A DNA stretch of 64,000 nt from NCBI GenBank assembly GCA_036009645.1, contig DASYLH010000016.1, positions 2,165 through 66,164 of the forward strand. The letters run 5' to 3'. The DNA is from Conexibacter sp. (GTDB lineage: Bacteria > Actinomycetota > Thermoleophilia > Solirubrobacterales > Solirubrobacteraceae). This document shows, one piece after another, positions 44,769 through 54,503 of this stretch; within the stretch, counting starts at the first letter, position 1, and each line of letters opens with the position of its first letter. The notes beneath the pieces are model-generated. The model saw only the letters and a program-made list of their open reading frames with translations. It did not search any database and was not told the DNA's origin. A program made the position numbers and the translations under genes.

Positions 44769-46493
44769 TCAGGCTGACGTCGTCGCCGGCTCGTCCGCGT
44801 GCAGCCATACGTGTACGGTCGTGCCGGCACCCGGTCTGCTCGTGATCGCGAGCGTTCCGTTGCCGAGCTCGGCGCGCTCGTGCATGCCGGAGATGCCGAA
44901 GCCCTCACGCGGCGTGTCGGGATCGAAGCCAGCGCCGTCGTCGGTGATCGTCACGTCGACGCCGCCGTCACGCGGGCGCACGCCGATCCTCACGTGACTC
45001 GCGCCGGCGTGCTTGACGGCGTTCGTCAGCGCCTCCTGGACCACGCGGTAGATCGCCGTCTCGGTATCCGCCGCGAGCGGCTTGGGGGAGCCGCCGCCGG
45101 GCGCGTCGAGCGATACTTCTGTCTCGACCGCGATCCCCTGCGTGCTCGCGACCTGCTCCGCGAGGTGCTCGATCGCCGGTTGCAGCCCCTGTTCGTCGAG
45201 CGCCGCCGGGCGCAGCTCGGTGATCAACGCGCGCAGCTGCGCGATCTCCCCGTCGATCCGGCCGGCCAGCGTGCGCAGCGTCTGCTCGCTGCGCGCTGGG
45301 GCTCCGTCCTCCAGCGCGGTGTCGATCAACACGCGGAAGCTCGCGAGCGATTGCAGCGTCTGGTCGTGCAGCTCGTGCGCCCAGCGCTGCCGCTCGCGCT
45401 CGGCGGCCGCCATCCGCTCGCGCCGGCGCTGGCGCTCGGCCGACTGCGCCGTCGCGACCGCCGTCGCCGCGGACGCGGCGAACGCGAGCAGCAGCGCCTG
45501 CTGGTCGCGGTCGAACGACATCGCCTCGCTGCCGGCGCGGTCGAACGCGATCAGCACGCCGAGCTTGCGGCTGCGGAACTCGAGCGGCACGAGCAGCGCA
45601 GCTTGCGGGTCGTGCACGCCGAGGCCATTGGCGGTGACGGGCACGCCCAGCCGCTCAGAGGAGACCCGCAGTCGGCTCTCGACGTCTGGGATGCGCTCCG
45701 ACTGCACGGCGCGGAGGACGGCGGCTGCGGTCGTTCCGCGGACCGGGATTCTCCGTCCGATCGCATCTGGGTCGACGTCGCCGGCGCCGGCGGCGATCTG
45801 CAGCCCGTCGCCGTCTTGGAGCAGGATCAGCAGCGCGCGGGCGTTGACGAGCGCGCGCCCGCGCTTGACGATCAGCTCCAGCACCCGGTCGATTCGCGTC
45901 TCGGCGCCGACCGCCCGCGTGATCGTGGTGGTCGCCTCGAAGCTGCGGACGGTGCGCTCGAGCCGGTTGCCGCGCTCGCGCAGTCTGCGGTAGAGGTCGG
46001 CGTGCTCGACGGCGATCGCCGCCCATGCAGCGAGCGTCGTTACGGTCTGCTCGTCGGCCGCGTCGAAGTCGCCGCCCGTCTTGTCGGTCAGGTAGAGGTT
46101 GCCCCAAGCGAGGCCGCGGATCAAAATCGGCACGCCGAGGAAGCTGCGCATCGGCGGGTGCTCGCTGGGGAAGCCGTAGGAACGCGGGTCCTCGCGCACG
46201 TCGTGCAGGCGCAGCGGTCTCGGGTCCTCGATCAGCGCGCCGAGGATGCCGCGCCCGCGCGGCGGATCGCCGATCGCGCTGTGGGCCGCGGGGTCGATCC
46301 CGCGCGTGAGGAAGCGCTCGATCTCACGGCGCTCCTCGTCCAGTACAGCGAGCGCCGCGTAGCGCGCGCCCGTCAGCTCTTGCGCGACCTCGAGCAGGTT
46401 CGTGAGCAGCGTGTCGAGCTCGAGCTGGGAGACGAGCGTCGTGCCGACCGCCATCAGTCGCTCCAGCCGCGCTTGGTCGAGGACTCCATTCAT
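44769..46493 (-). CDS. Double-GAF sensor histidine kinase (HisKA_3, DevS/DosS-like)
   Basis: GAF (SYGFPSEHPPMRSFLGVPI), AHELHDQTLQ, VQEALTNAVKHA, DDGAGF, GFGISGMHER. Confidence 0.9.
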   Translation of the reverse strand: MNGVLDQARLERLMAVGTTLVSQLELDTLLTNLLEVAQELTGARYAALAVLDEERREIERFLTRGIDPAAHSAIGDPPRGRGILGALIEDPRPLRLHDVREDPRSYGFPSEHPPMRSFLGVPILIRGLAWGNLYLTDKTGGDFDAADEQTVTTLAAWAAIAVEHADLYRRLRERGNRLERTVRSFEATTTITRAVGAETRIDRVLELIVKRGRALVNARALLILLQDGDGLQIAAGAGDVDPDAIGRRIPVRGTTAAAVLRAVQSERIPDVESRLRVSSERLGVPVTANGLGVHDPQAALLVPLEFRSRKLGVLIAFDRAGSEAMSFDRDQQALLLAFAASAATAVATAQSAERQRRRERMAAAERERQRWAHELHDQTLQSLASFRVLIDTALEDGAPARSEQTLRTLAGRIDGEIAQLRALITELRPAALDEQGLQPAIEHLAEQVASTQGIAVETEVSLDAPGGGSPKPLAADTETAIYRVVQEALTNAVKHAGASHVRIGVRPRDGGVDVTITDDGAGFDPDTPREGFGISGMHERAELGNGTLAITSRPGAGTTVHVWLHADEPATTSA

Positions 46494-46610
46494 CAACACG
46501 CATTCAACCATTCAGGCGAATTTCGGCGAACCGGATGGTGGATCTTGGCCAACGCGGAAGCGGGGAAATCCCGGTGCACGGCCGGGCGTGGCGACCGTAC
46601 GGTCGTTTAC

Positions 46611-47855
46611 GTGCTCAACGTTGACCAATCAGCAGCCGTCCCCGCCGACGCGCTTGGGCGGCTCGTGCGGCGTGCGCGCCTGCTGGCTGCTGACGCTGAG
46701 ACCGCCGGCGCCGGCCTGCGCACTACCACCTCGACGAAGCTGTCAGTTCGCCTGGGTGGAGAGGTGCTGTGGGTCGCCGGGGCGGGAGCCGTGGGCGGCG
46801 GCAGCGACGTCGAGCACGGTTCCGGCTCCGGTGGCGCCGGCGAGCTGGCGTGCTTGCGGCTCACGAGAGTCCTCATCGCGATGGGCGACGGCGAGCTGGA
46901 CGAAGATCCGCAAGCAGAGGCGCTCGCGCACTGTCGCGTCGACTCGACGGTCCGGCCGTGTCCGCCTGAGGCGCTGCTGCATGCGGTCGTGCCCGCCACG
47001 CACGTCGACGTCACGCAGCCCGACGGCGTGATGGCACTCTGCGCTGCGGCCGGCGGCGAGCATCTCGCCCACGCGTGCTTCGGCGACGCGGCTGCCTGGA
47101 TCCCATACGAGGTGAGCGGCGCGGAACTGGCACGGGAGCTGGGCCTCGCTGCGGCCGAATCGCACGTGCGGATGGCGCTGCTGGCACGGCGCGGGCTGGT
47201 GACGTGGGGGGAGACGGAGCGGGCATGCCACGCGGCGACGGCATTGGCGGCCAGGCGTGCCCGCGACTTCGTCGCTGCGGGCGCGCTTGGTCCGCGCTGC
47301 GGCGGCCGCGGGCTCGCGCCGCTGCGCGAGCGCGAGCGGACGCGGCTGCTCGCATGGCTGCTGCCGGTGCTGCGCACGGCGCTCGGCAGCCGGCGACCGA
47401 AGGTGTTCGAGCTCGACACGTCGCCGACGGTGCTCGACTTCGTCTGTGCGCGCGAGGCGCCGACGCTGGCGCAGACGGGTCCCGTCTGTCCTCAGCAGGT
47501 GCTCCACACCCAGCGTGCGCCCTTGTGGATCGACGTCGATCCACGCAACGACAGCGCCGGCGATCTCGCCGAGCGGATCGTGCGGGGGGCGCGGCGTCAT
47601 CGCGCGCACATGCGCTGGGAGGCAGCGGCGTTCGGCGGTCCCGACGGACGGCAGCTCGACCCCGACGCGCGCGTCGTACTGATCGCGGGTGTTGGACTGG
47701 TCGCCGCGGGGGCGACGCGCACGGAGGCGCGCCGTGCGCGCTGCGCCTACCGCCACGCGATCGAGGCGATCGGCGCGATCACGGTGCTCGACCGCTTCGT
47801 CTCGCCGACTGCGCCCGAGTGCGGCGCGTACGAGCGCGCCCTGCGCGCGCCTTGA
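46611..47855 (+). CDS. Degenerate class II aldolase-domain protein (RhaD/RhaEW N-terminal-like)
   Basis: LVRRARLLAAD..TSTK..EALLHAVVPATHVDVTQPDGVMAL..PYEVSG..PQQVLHT..DPDARVVLIAGVGL; start uncertain. Confidence 0.6.
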   Translation: MLNVDQSAAVPADALGRLVRRARLLAADAETAGAGLRTTTSTKLSVRLGGEVLWVAGAGAVGGGSDVEHGSGSGGAGELACLRLTRVLIAMGDGELDEDPQAEALAHCRVDSTVRPCPPEALLHAVVPATHVDVTQPDGVMALCAAAGGEHLAHACFGDAAAWIPYEVSGAELARELGLAAAESHVRMALLARRGLVTWGETERACHAATALAARRARDFVAAGALGPRCGGRGLAPLRERERTRLLAWLLPVLRTALGSRRPKVFELDTSPTVLDFVCAREAPTLAQTGPVCPQQVLHTQRAPLWIDVDPRNDSAGDLAERIVRGARRHRAHMRWEAAAFGGPDGRQLDPDARVVLIAGVGLVAAGATRTEARRARCAYRHAIEAIGAITVLDRFVSPTAPECGAYERALRAP

Positions 47856-47976
47856 CCTGACGCTTGAAGCCGCGCTGGTCGCTCGCGGCTTCGAGAGACG
47901 GGAACCGCGCAGCCCACCCCGCGCGTTCCTGGGGGCCGCGCCGCCGACGGGGGAAAGGGCGGCGCGGCCCGGTGCG

Positions 47977-49311
47977 TCAGGCGCTCGCGCCGCCGAGCGC
48001 GAGCGCCCGGCCCGCCTCGACGCCGAGCAGCAGGCTCTCGTGCACACCGCTGTTGGCGAAGGACCCGTGCCGGCCGGTCGTGTGCAGGCCATCGATCCGC
48101 CTCAGCCATGCACCGGCCTCCGCGACCGTCGTGCGCGCCGCGGGGGAGAGGACCGGCAGCACGTCGCGTCCGCGGCGCACCGCGACGTCGAGCACGGGCG
48201 CGTGCCGCAGACCGAGGTCCGCAAGGGTGCGCTCCGCGACTGCCCGGAACACGTCGGGCGGTTGCTCCCAGGTCGCGTCGCCGGCATCGCACCACAGCTC
48301 GAACGCCAGGATCGACTGCGGCGGCGGCGCCGAGCCCGGGGGCGTCCAGCCCGAGAAGCTCGTGATCCGGCTCACGGGACGCGGATCGGCGACGTAGACC
48401 CACTGACCGGAGAACGGCGGCGGCCCGTCGAGCAGCGCGTACGCGATCACGACGCTGCGGGCGGTCAGGCCGCGCAGCCGCCGCACGATCTCCGGCGGGG
48501 CGTCCGGCAGGCGCTCGAACAGTGCCGGCAGCGGGAGCGTTGAGATGACGCGGTCGACCGGCTCGATCCGCCCGTCGATCTCGATGCCCCGCACGCGTCG
48601 CCCGTCGATCTCGAGTCGCCCCACCTCGCGCCCGCAGACGACGCAGCCGCCGCGCGCGACGACGGCCTCGGCGAGCCGCTCGGCAAGCGTGCCGACGCCG
48701 TCGTGCGGGCGCACGAGGGGGGGCTCGGGCACCCGTCGCACCGCTCGGCCGACCGTCCTCGCGATCGTCGGCCGGCGCTGGAAGCCGAGCAGGGAGCCGG
48801 CCAGCTGCGCGTCGAGCTCGCGCGCCGGGCGGCCGAACAACTTCTGCACGTCGCCGGCCACCAGCAGCTCGAACGCCGGCTGCCCGAAGCGCTCGACGAT
48901 CCAGCCTTCGAGCGTCCCGGCGGCGCCGCTGCGTGGCCGGCGGCGCTGCACCGCGCCGTGGGCGCAGCGCAGGCTGCTGCCCAGCCCGAGCTGCCGCACG
49001 ACGTCGAGCGGCTCGTACGGATATCGCAGCCAGCGCCCGTCGGTGACGATCCGCGTCTGTCGCGGCACGCGGTCGTACGCGTCGCCGATCAGCTCTGTCC
49101 ACAGCCGATCGATGCGCGGGTCCTCGCGCAGCAGCAGATGCGCGCCCAGCTCCACCGTCTGGCCCCACAGCTCGAACGAGCGCGCGAGCCCACCGACCTG
49201 CGGCGCGCGCTCGTACAACGTCACTGGAAGGCCTGCACAGGCCGCCGCGTACGCGGCGCCGAGCCCCGCGGGCCCGCCGCCGAGGACCGCGATCCGCGGC
49301 GATCCGCTCAC
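47977..49311 (-). CDS. FAD-dependent oxidoreductase (protoporphyrinogen-oxidase-like fold, polysaccharide-locus type)
   Basis: IAVLGGGPAGLGAA..YERAPQVGGLARS..ELGAH; C-terminal TGRHGSF. Confidence 0.82.
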   Translation of the reverse strand: MSGSPRIAVLGGGPAGLGAAYAAACAGLPVTLYERAPQVGGLARSFELWGQTVELGAHLLLREDPRIDRLWTELIGDAYDRVPRQTRIVTDGRWLRYPYEPLDVVRQLGLGSSLRCAHGAVQRRRPRSGAAGTLEGWIVERFGQPAFELLVAGDVQKLFGRPARELDAQLAGSLLGFQRRPTIARTVGRAVRRVPEPPLVRPHDGVGTLAERLAEAVVARGGCVVCGREVGRLEIDGRRVRGIEIDGRIEPVDRVISTLPLPALFERLPDAPPEIVRRLRGLTARSVVIAYALLDGPPPFSGQWVYVADPRPVSRITSFSGWTPPGSAPPPQSILAFELWCDAGDATWEQPPDVFRAVAERTLADLGLRHAPVLDVAVRRGRDVLPVLSPAARTTVAEAGAWLRRIDGLHTTGRHGSFANSGVHESLLLGVEAGRALALGGASA

Positions 49312-50459
49312 GTCGTGCGCACGCCAGCGGCGAAGTCGCGCCGCGCGATCTCGACCTGCTCCAGCAGCTTCTCGCGGAAGCGCTGTTCCGAGAAGCGCAG
49401 CGCGTTCTCGCGGCAGGCACGCGGGTCGAACCGCTCGCGCTGCTGGAGGAAGCGCTCGACGCCGCGGCGCACACCGGCGGGCGACTGCCCGTCGAACAGC
49501 ACGCCCGTCGGCGCCGGATTGTGCGCCGCGTCCCGGACGATCTCGCACGCGCCGCCTGCGCCGAGCGCGATCACGGGCGTCCCGCACGCCTGCGCCTCGC
49601 CCATCGCGATGCCGAAGTCCTCGGTGGCCGCGTGCACGAAGGCGCTTGCTCCCTGCATCCGCCGGCGCACCTCGGCGTCGCTCACGTGTCCCAGCAGCTC
49701 GACGTTCGCGCCGGCGAGCCGGCGGATCTTCGGCAGGTCGGGTCCGTCGCCCAGCACGAGCAGCCGCTGGTCGGGCAGCGCGCGGAACGCCTCGACGACG
49801 ACGTCGATGCGCTTGAACGGGTTCATCCGCGAGCCGGTCAGGAAGTACGAGTCGCGCGACTCCGAGAGCGTGAACCGCTCGACGTCGACCGGCGGGTGCA
49901 CGACCGCCGCCGAGCGGCGATGGACCTTCGCGATCCGCCGCGCCGCGAAGTCCGAGCAGGTGAGCATCCGGTCGACGCCGTTCGCGGCGCCGCGATCCCA
50001 GTTGCGCAGGTAGTGCAGCAGCAGGCGCGCGGCGAGCGACTTGGGGCCGGACGCGAAGCCGAAGCTCTCCAGGTACAGCGGCTGCAGATCCCACGCGAAG
50101 CGCATCGGCGAGTGCAGGAAGCTGACGTGCAGCTGATCCGGTCCCGTGATCGCGCCGAGCGCGACCGCGTGGCTGCTCGACAGCACGAGGTCGTAGCTGC
50201 GCAGGTCGAACTGCTCGACCGCGAGCGGCATCAGGCCCGCGTAGTGCCAGTAGGAGCGCTTCGCGCGCGGCAGCCGCTGGATGAACGACGTGTGCACGCG
50301 CCGCCCGTCCAGCACGGAGCGCCGCTCGGCGTCGAGGTCCTCGACGATGCAGAAGACGTCCGCGCCGGGGTAGCACGCGAGCATCTGCTCCAGCACGCGC
50401 TCGGCCCCGCCCCACGTGACGAGCCAGTCGTGCAGGATCGCGACGCGCTCGGCGGGCAC
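49308..50459 (-). CDS. Glycosyltransferase family 4 (mannosyltransferase-like)
   Basis: VAILHDWLVTWGGAERV, HSPMRFAWD, EDFGIAMGEAQACGTPVIA. Confidence 0.92.
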   Translation of the reverse strand: MPAERVAILHDWLVTWGGAERVLEQMLACYPGADVFCIVEDLDAERRSVLDGRRVHTSFIQRLPRAKRSYWHYAGLMPLAVEQFDLRSYDLVLSSSHAVALGAITGPDQLHVSFLHSPMRFAWDLQPLYLESFGFASGPKSLAARLLLHYLRNWDRGAANGVDRMLTCSDFAARRIAKVHRRSAAVVHPPVDVERFTLSESRDSYFLTGSRMNPFKRIDVVVEAFRALPDQRLLVLGDGPDLPKIRRLAGANVELLGHVSDAEVRRRMQGASAFVHAATEDFGIAMGEAQACGTPVIALGAGGACEIVRDAAHNPAPTGVLFDGQSPAGVRRGVERFLQQRERFDPRACRENALRFSEQRFREKLLEQVEIARRDFAAGVRTT

Positions 50460-50472
50460 GGCAGCCCTGGCC

Positions 50473-51078
50473 TCAGTAGGCCCCGGCGCCGCTGAGCACC
50501 GCGGCGGGCGTGCGGGCGAGGATGCGCAGGTCGAGCGCGAGCGAGGCGGTGCGGACGTACTCGGTGTCGAGTCGCACGAGCTCGTCGACGTCGCCGTCGC
50601 TGCGCCCCGAGACCTGCCACAGACCGGTGAGCCCCGGGCGCACGCTGCGCCGCAGCTGCAGGAACGTCTCCGGGAGCGCCGCGATCACGAACGGCGGCAG
50701 CGGCCGCGGGCCGACGAGGCTCATGTCGCCGCGCAGCACGTTCCACAGCTGAGGCAGCTCGTCGACGCTGGAGCGGCGCAGCGCGCGGCCGAGGCGGCCG
50801 AGCACGCGCGGGTCGCCGGCGAGCCGGAAGTAGCGCTCCCACTCGCGCCGCGCCTCCGGTACGCGCTCCAGGTGCTCGGCGAGCAGACCGTCGCCGTCGC
50901 GCACCATCGTGCGCAGCTTCCACAGTCGCACCGGCTGCCCGCCGCGGCCCTCGCGCTCGTGCGAGAAGAGGATCGGGCGCCGGTCGGCAAGCCAGATCGC
51001 CACGCTCGCCGCGAGCAGCAGCGGCGCGCTCAGCAGCAGCCCGAGCAGCGCGCCGGCGACGTCGAGCGCCCGTTTCAT
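50473..51078 (-). CDS. Priming sugar transferase (Bac_transf/WbaP C-terminal type)
   Basis: KRALDV..KLRTM..DPRV..LRRSSVDELPQLWNVLRGDMSLVGPRP..PGLTGLWQV. Confidence 0.93.
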   Translation of the reverse strand: MKRALDVAGALLGLLLSAPLLLAASVAIWLADRRPILFSHEREGRGGQPVRLWKLRTMVRDGDGLLAEHLERVPEARREWERYFRLAGDPRVLGRLGRALRRSSVDELPQLWNVLRGDMSLVGPRPLPPFVIAALPETFLQLRRSVRPGLTGLWQVSGRSDGDVDELVRLDTEYVRTASLALDLRILARTPAAVLSGAGAY

Positions 51079-51722
51079 GCGAAGCGCCGCGTCGCCACGA
51101 ACGCCTCCGCGTGGGCGACGCCGACCTCCGCGCCGCGCGCCTCCAGCCGCCGCCGCAGGTCGGCCGGCCGGCGGCCGATCTCGTGCTCGATCGCGTAGAG
51201 CTCCATCGCCCGCTCCGCCAGCTCGCAGTGCCTAGGGTCGAGCACGACCCAGGTGTTGGGGGAGAAGGTCTGGAAGAACGTCTGGTCGGTCGACGTCGGC
51301 GTCTCGAACAGCAGCACCTCGCGATGGCGCCGGAACGGGCGCGTCGCGATCTCGACGGCCCGGGTCACGCCGCGGTGCGCCTGGTTGACGTCGCCGGGCC
51401 AGTGCGTCAGCACCGTGTCGGCCTCCTCGACCCACGGCAACAGCACGTCGTGCAGGCGGCCGACCTCCGGCTCGGCCTGCGGCTCCAGCAGCAGCGGATC
51501 GGCCACGGCGGCTCTGGCGCCGAGCAGCGCGCAGGCGGCCTCGAACGTCTCCAGCAGCGCGTCCCAGTGCGCCCGCCCGCGCGGGTCGGTGCGGCGCAGC
51601 GCGAGCAGGACGGTCACGTCGGCGCCGAGCGCCGACCACTTCGCGAGCGCGGCGCCGCAGCCGAGCGTCTCGTCGTCGGGGTGGGCGATCACCGCGAGCA
51701 CCCGCCGTCCGTTCACGTCCAT
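51075..51722 (-). CDS. PIG-L family deacetylase
   Basis: VIAHPDDETLGCG, FSPNTWV, AEAF. Confidence 0.85.
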   Translation of the reverse strand: MDVNGRRVLAVIAHPDDETLGCGAALAKWSALGADVTVLLALRRTDPRGRAHWDALLETFEAACALLGARAAVADPLLLEPQAEPEVGRLHDVLLPWVEEADTVLTHWPGDVNQAHRGVTRAVEIATRPFRRHREVLLFETPTSTDQTFFQTFSPNTWVVLDPRHCELAERAMELYAIEHEIGRRPADLRRRLEARGAEVGVAHAEAFVATRRFA

Positions 51723-51730
51723 CGCATGGC

Positions 51731-52636
51731 TCAACGCTCCGCGCCGCGCGACGCGTACCAGGCGATCGTCTGCTCCAGCGACCGCTCCCAGTCGGTGAAG
51801 CGGAAGCCGTCGATCGACGCGAGCAGCGGCTCGGTGCTCGCCACCAGCTCGGTCCCCTCGTCCTCGCCGGAGCGCATCGGCAGGTGCCGCACCCCGGCGC
51901 GGTTGCCGGTCGCGTCGTTGATCGTGCGGGCGAGCTGGTTGACGGTGACCGGCACGCCGCGGCCGCAATCGGGGGCGAGGAGGCCGCCGGGGGCGCGCTC
52001 GACGCGCATGTAGCGCACGGTCATGCGTGCTGCATCGCGGACGTAGATCAGGTCGACGACCTGGTCACCGTCGCCGTAGATCTCCAGCGGCTCGCCGCGC
52101 AGCGCTTGGCGCACGAATGTCGGCACGAGCTTGCGCACCGGCGCGTGCGCCTGATGCGGCCCGAACGCGTTGAAGTAGCGCAGCGAGCACAGCTGCGTGC
52201 TCGACGCGTCGCGGTCGTACAGCGCGCCGAGCTGCTCGGCGGCGCCCTTGGTGATCGTGTACGCGTTCAGCCACACGTTCGGCTTGGAGGCGTGGAACAC
52301 GCGCGCGACGCCCTCGGCGATCGCGGTCTCGAACACGTTGATCGAGCCGAGCACGTTCACCTGCACCGCCAGGGTGGGGACATCGTCGAGCTCGGAGGTG
52401 CCGAGCTTGCCGGCCAGGTGGTAGACCTCGTCGGCGCCTCGGAGGTGGGCGCCAAGCGCTTGGCGGTCGAGGATGTCGCCCTCGACGAACTCGACGGCGC
52501 CGGCGCCGAAGCGCGCGTCGCAGGCGGTCTGTGAGCCGGCGACGTCCAGGACGACGACGTCGTGGTCGTCATCGACCAGTTCCTGGGCGATCGCTCCTCC
52601 CAAGAATCCACTTCCGCCCAGAACGATGGTTCGCAT
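51731..52636 (-). CDS. NAD-dependent epimerase/dehydratase
   Basis: GGSGFLG, YHLAG, YTITK (YxxxK), LRYFNAFGP, IYGDGDQ. Confidence 0.9.
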   Translation of the reverse strand: MRTIVLGGSGFLGGAIAQELVDDDHDVVVLDVAGSQTACDARFGAGAVEFVEGDILDRQALGAHLRGADEVYHLAGKLGTSELDDVPTLAVQVNVLGSINVFETAIAEGVARVFHASKPNVWLNAYTITKGAAEQLGALYDRDASSTQLCSLRYFNAFGPHQAHAPVRKLVPTFVRQALRGEPLEIYGDGDQVVDLIYVRDAARMTVRYMRVERAPGGLLAPDCGRGVPVTVNQLARTINDATGNRAGVRHLPMRSGEDEGTELVASTEPLLASIDGFRFTDWERSLEQTIAWYASRGAER

Positions 52637-52710
52637 GTGCCGATTTGCCCGATTTCCAGCCGATTTCGGCGGCATGCTAGTGGATGGGCGCCGCGCCCTC
52701 GCCGGTATTG

Positions 52711-54441
52711 TCAGGGCGACGCGGGCACGGCGACGCGGTCGGACGCCGTCTCCGGCAGCGGCACATCGTCCTCCGGCATGGCGTGCCCGCCGCGCATCAG
52801 CGACGCCGCCGCCGCGACGAGGCAGGCGACGATCGCGAACGCGAAGGCGGCGTGGAGGCCGTCGCGGAACGGCGCGGAGATGAGCGTGGGAAAGAACGAG
52901 TGGCCGGTCAGCACGGCCTGGTCGTGTGCCGAGACACCGCTGAGCACGTCGCCGCCGACGAGGTGCTGGATCGGGTTGTAGCCGAGGAAGGCGGCGAACA
53001 GGATCGAGACGGGCGGCAGCGCGCCGACCTCGTGTGCGGTGCTCGCCGGCACGCCGTGCGCCTCCAGCCCGGCGCTCAGCGTGTGCGGCAGCGTCGCGCT
53101 CAGGCCGATGATCATCAGCGTGAAGAAGATGCCGATCGACAGCACCTGCGCGGAGTTCTGGAACGTCTGGTTCATCGCTCCGCCGGCGCCGCGGTCCCCC
53201 GCCGGCAGACTGTTCATCACGGCTGCTCGGTTGGGCGAGGCGAACATCCCCATCGAGGCGCCCATGAAGAACAGGATCGCCGCGAACTGCCAGTAGGCGA
53301 AGTTCGTCGGCAGCACCGCCAGCAGTCCGAAGCAGCCGGCCGTCAGCACCATCCCGCCGGTCGTGAACAGACATGCCCCGTAGCGGTCGGAGAGGATCCC
53401 CGAGGTCGGGCCGGCGAGCAGCATTCCGACCGTGAACGGGGCCATGTAGAGGCCCGCGTACAGCGGCGTCTCGGTGAAGCTGTAGCCGTGCTGGGGCAGC
53501 CAGATGCCCTGCAGCCAGATGATCAGGATGAACATCAGCCCGCCGCGCGCGACGGATGCCAGGAACGTCGACAGCGTCCCGAAGGTGAACGCGCGGATGC
53601 GGAACAGCGGCAGGCGGAACATCGGGTCGCGCGAGCGGCGCTCGACCAGCACGAACGCGACGAACGAGATGAGCGAGCCGCCCAGCAGCGCCAGCACGCG
53701 CGGGCTGCTCCAGCCGGTGGCGTGCTCGCCGTACGGCCGGATGCCGTAGGTGACGGCGACCATGATCAAGATCAGCCCGAGCGCGAATGTCACGTTGCCG
53801 GGCCAGTCGATCGGCGCCGCTCTCGGCGTGCTCAGCTCGCGCAGGCTGCGGTAGGCCCAGACGGTGCCGAACAGCCCGATCGGGACGGAGATGAGGAAGA
53901 CGAGTCTCCAGTCGATCGGCGCCAGCACGCCGCCGACCATCAACCCGATGAAGAAGCCGCTGACGCCGACGATGTTGTTGATGCCGAGCGCCATCCCGCG
54001 TTGGTTCGCCGGGAACGCGTCGGTGATGATCGCGGCCGAGTTGGCGAGCAGGCAGGCGCCGCCGACGCCCTGGACGATCCGGAAGCCGATCAGGTACAGC
54101 GCGCCCGCGGAGCCCTTCAGCCAACAGATCGCCAGCAGCAGCGAGGCGACCGTGTAGATCACAAAGCCGAGGTTGTAGATGCGCACGCGCCCGACCATGT
54201 CGCCGAGGCGGCCGAGACTGACGATCAGCACGCTCGTGACGACGAGGTAGCCGAGGATCATCCACAGCAGGTAGAACGAGTTCGAGGGGACGAGCGGGTC
54301 GAGCTCGATGCCGCGGAAGATGTCCGGCATCGCGATGATCGTGATCGAGCCGTCGAGCGTCGCGAGCAGGACGGCGAGCGTCGCGTTCGACAGCGCGATC
54401 CACTTGTAACGGTCTGGATCGGCTGGTCGACGGTGGCGCAT
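52711..54441 (-). CDS. MFS transporter (DHA2, 14-TMS type)
   Basis: LDGSITIIAMPDI, GRLGDMVGR, QGVGGA, DAFPANQRG, DPMFRLPLF. Confidence 0.92.
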   Translation of the reverse strand: MRHRRPADPDRYKWIALSNATLAVLLATLDGSITIIAMPDIFRGIELDPLVPSNSFYLLWMILGYLVVTSVLIVSLGRLGDMVGRVRIYNLGFVIYTVASLLLAICWLKGSAGALYLIGFRIVQGVGGACLLANSAAIITDAFPANQRGMALGINNIVGVSGFFIGLMVGGVLAPIDWRLVFLISVPIGLFGTVWAYRSLRELSTPRAAPIDWPGNVTFALGLILIMVAVTYGIRPYGEHATGWSSPRVLALLGGSLISFVAFVLVERRSRDPMFRLPLFRIRAFTFGTLSTFLASVARGGLMFILIIWLQGIWLPQHGYSFTETPLYAGLYMAPFTVGMLLAGPTSGILSDRYGACLFTTGGMVLTAGCFGLLAVLPTNFAYWQFAAILFFMGASMGMFASPNRAAVMNSLPAGDRGAGGAMNQTFQNSAQVLSIGIFFTLMIIGLSATLPHTLSAGLEAHGVPASTAHEVGALPPVSILFAAFLGYNPIQHLVGGDVLSGVSAHDQAVLTGHSFFPTLISAPFRDGLHAAFAFAIVACLVAAAASLMRGGHAMPEDDVPLPETASDRVAVPASP

Positions 54442-54455
54442 CCGGCGGGAAAGTC

Positions 54456-54483
54456 TACAGGCGGCCTGTACAGGTGACCTGTT
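54456..54483. promoter_or_regulatory. Two overlapping TACAGG-N3-CCTGT palindromes (putative MarR operator)
   Basis: TACAGGCGGCCTGTA (54456-54470) and TACAGGTGACCTGTT (54469-54483) between divergent MFS and marR; TACACT -10 at 54491. Confidence 0.65.
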
Positions 54484-54503
54484 GATCTCCTACACTGGCG
54501 CGC

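Noticed and set aside
46556-46575. GCGGGGAAATCCCGG as a DosR/NarL-type box
   Set aside because: Weak palindrome, single instance, poor match to a known consensus.
44799-46610. 5' two-thirds of the 1018-aa plus-strand ORF 44799..47855
   Set aside because: Antisense shadow of the GAF kinase; only the part from ~46611 resembles a protein family.
52637-54403. Upstream extension of the epimerase ORF (890 aa); similar extensions at 49312-50415 and 4526-5008
   Set aside because: Alternative frames over real same-strand genes; recognisable domains begin only at the internal starts.
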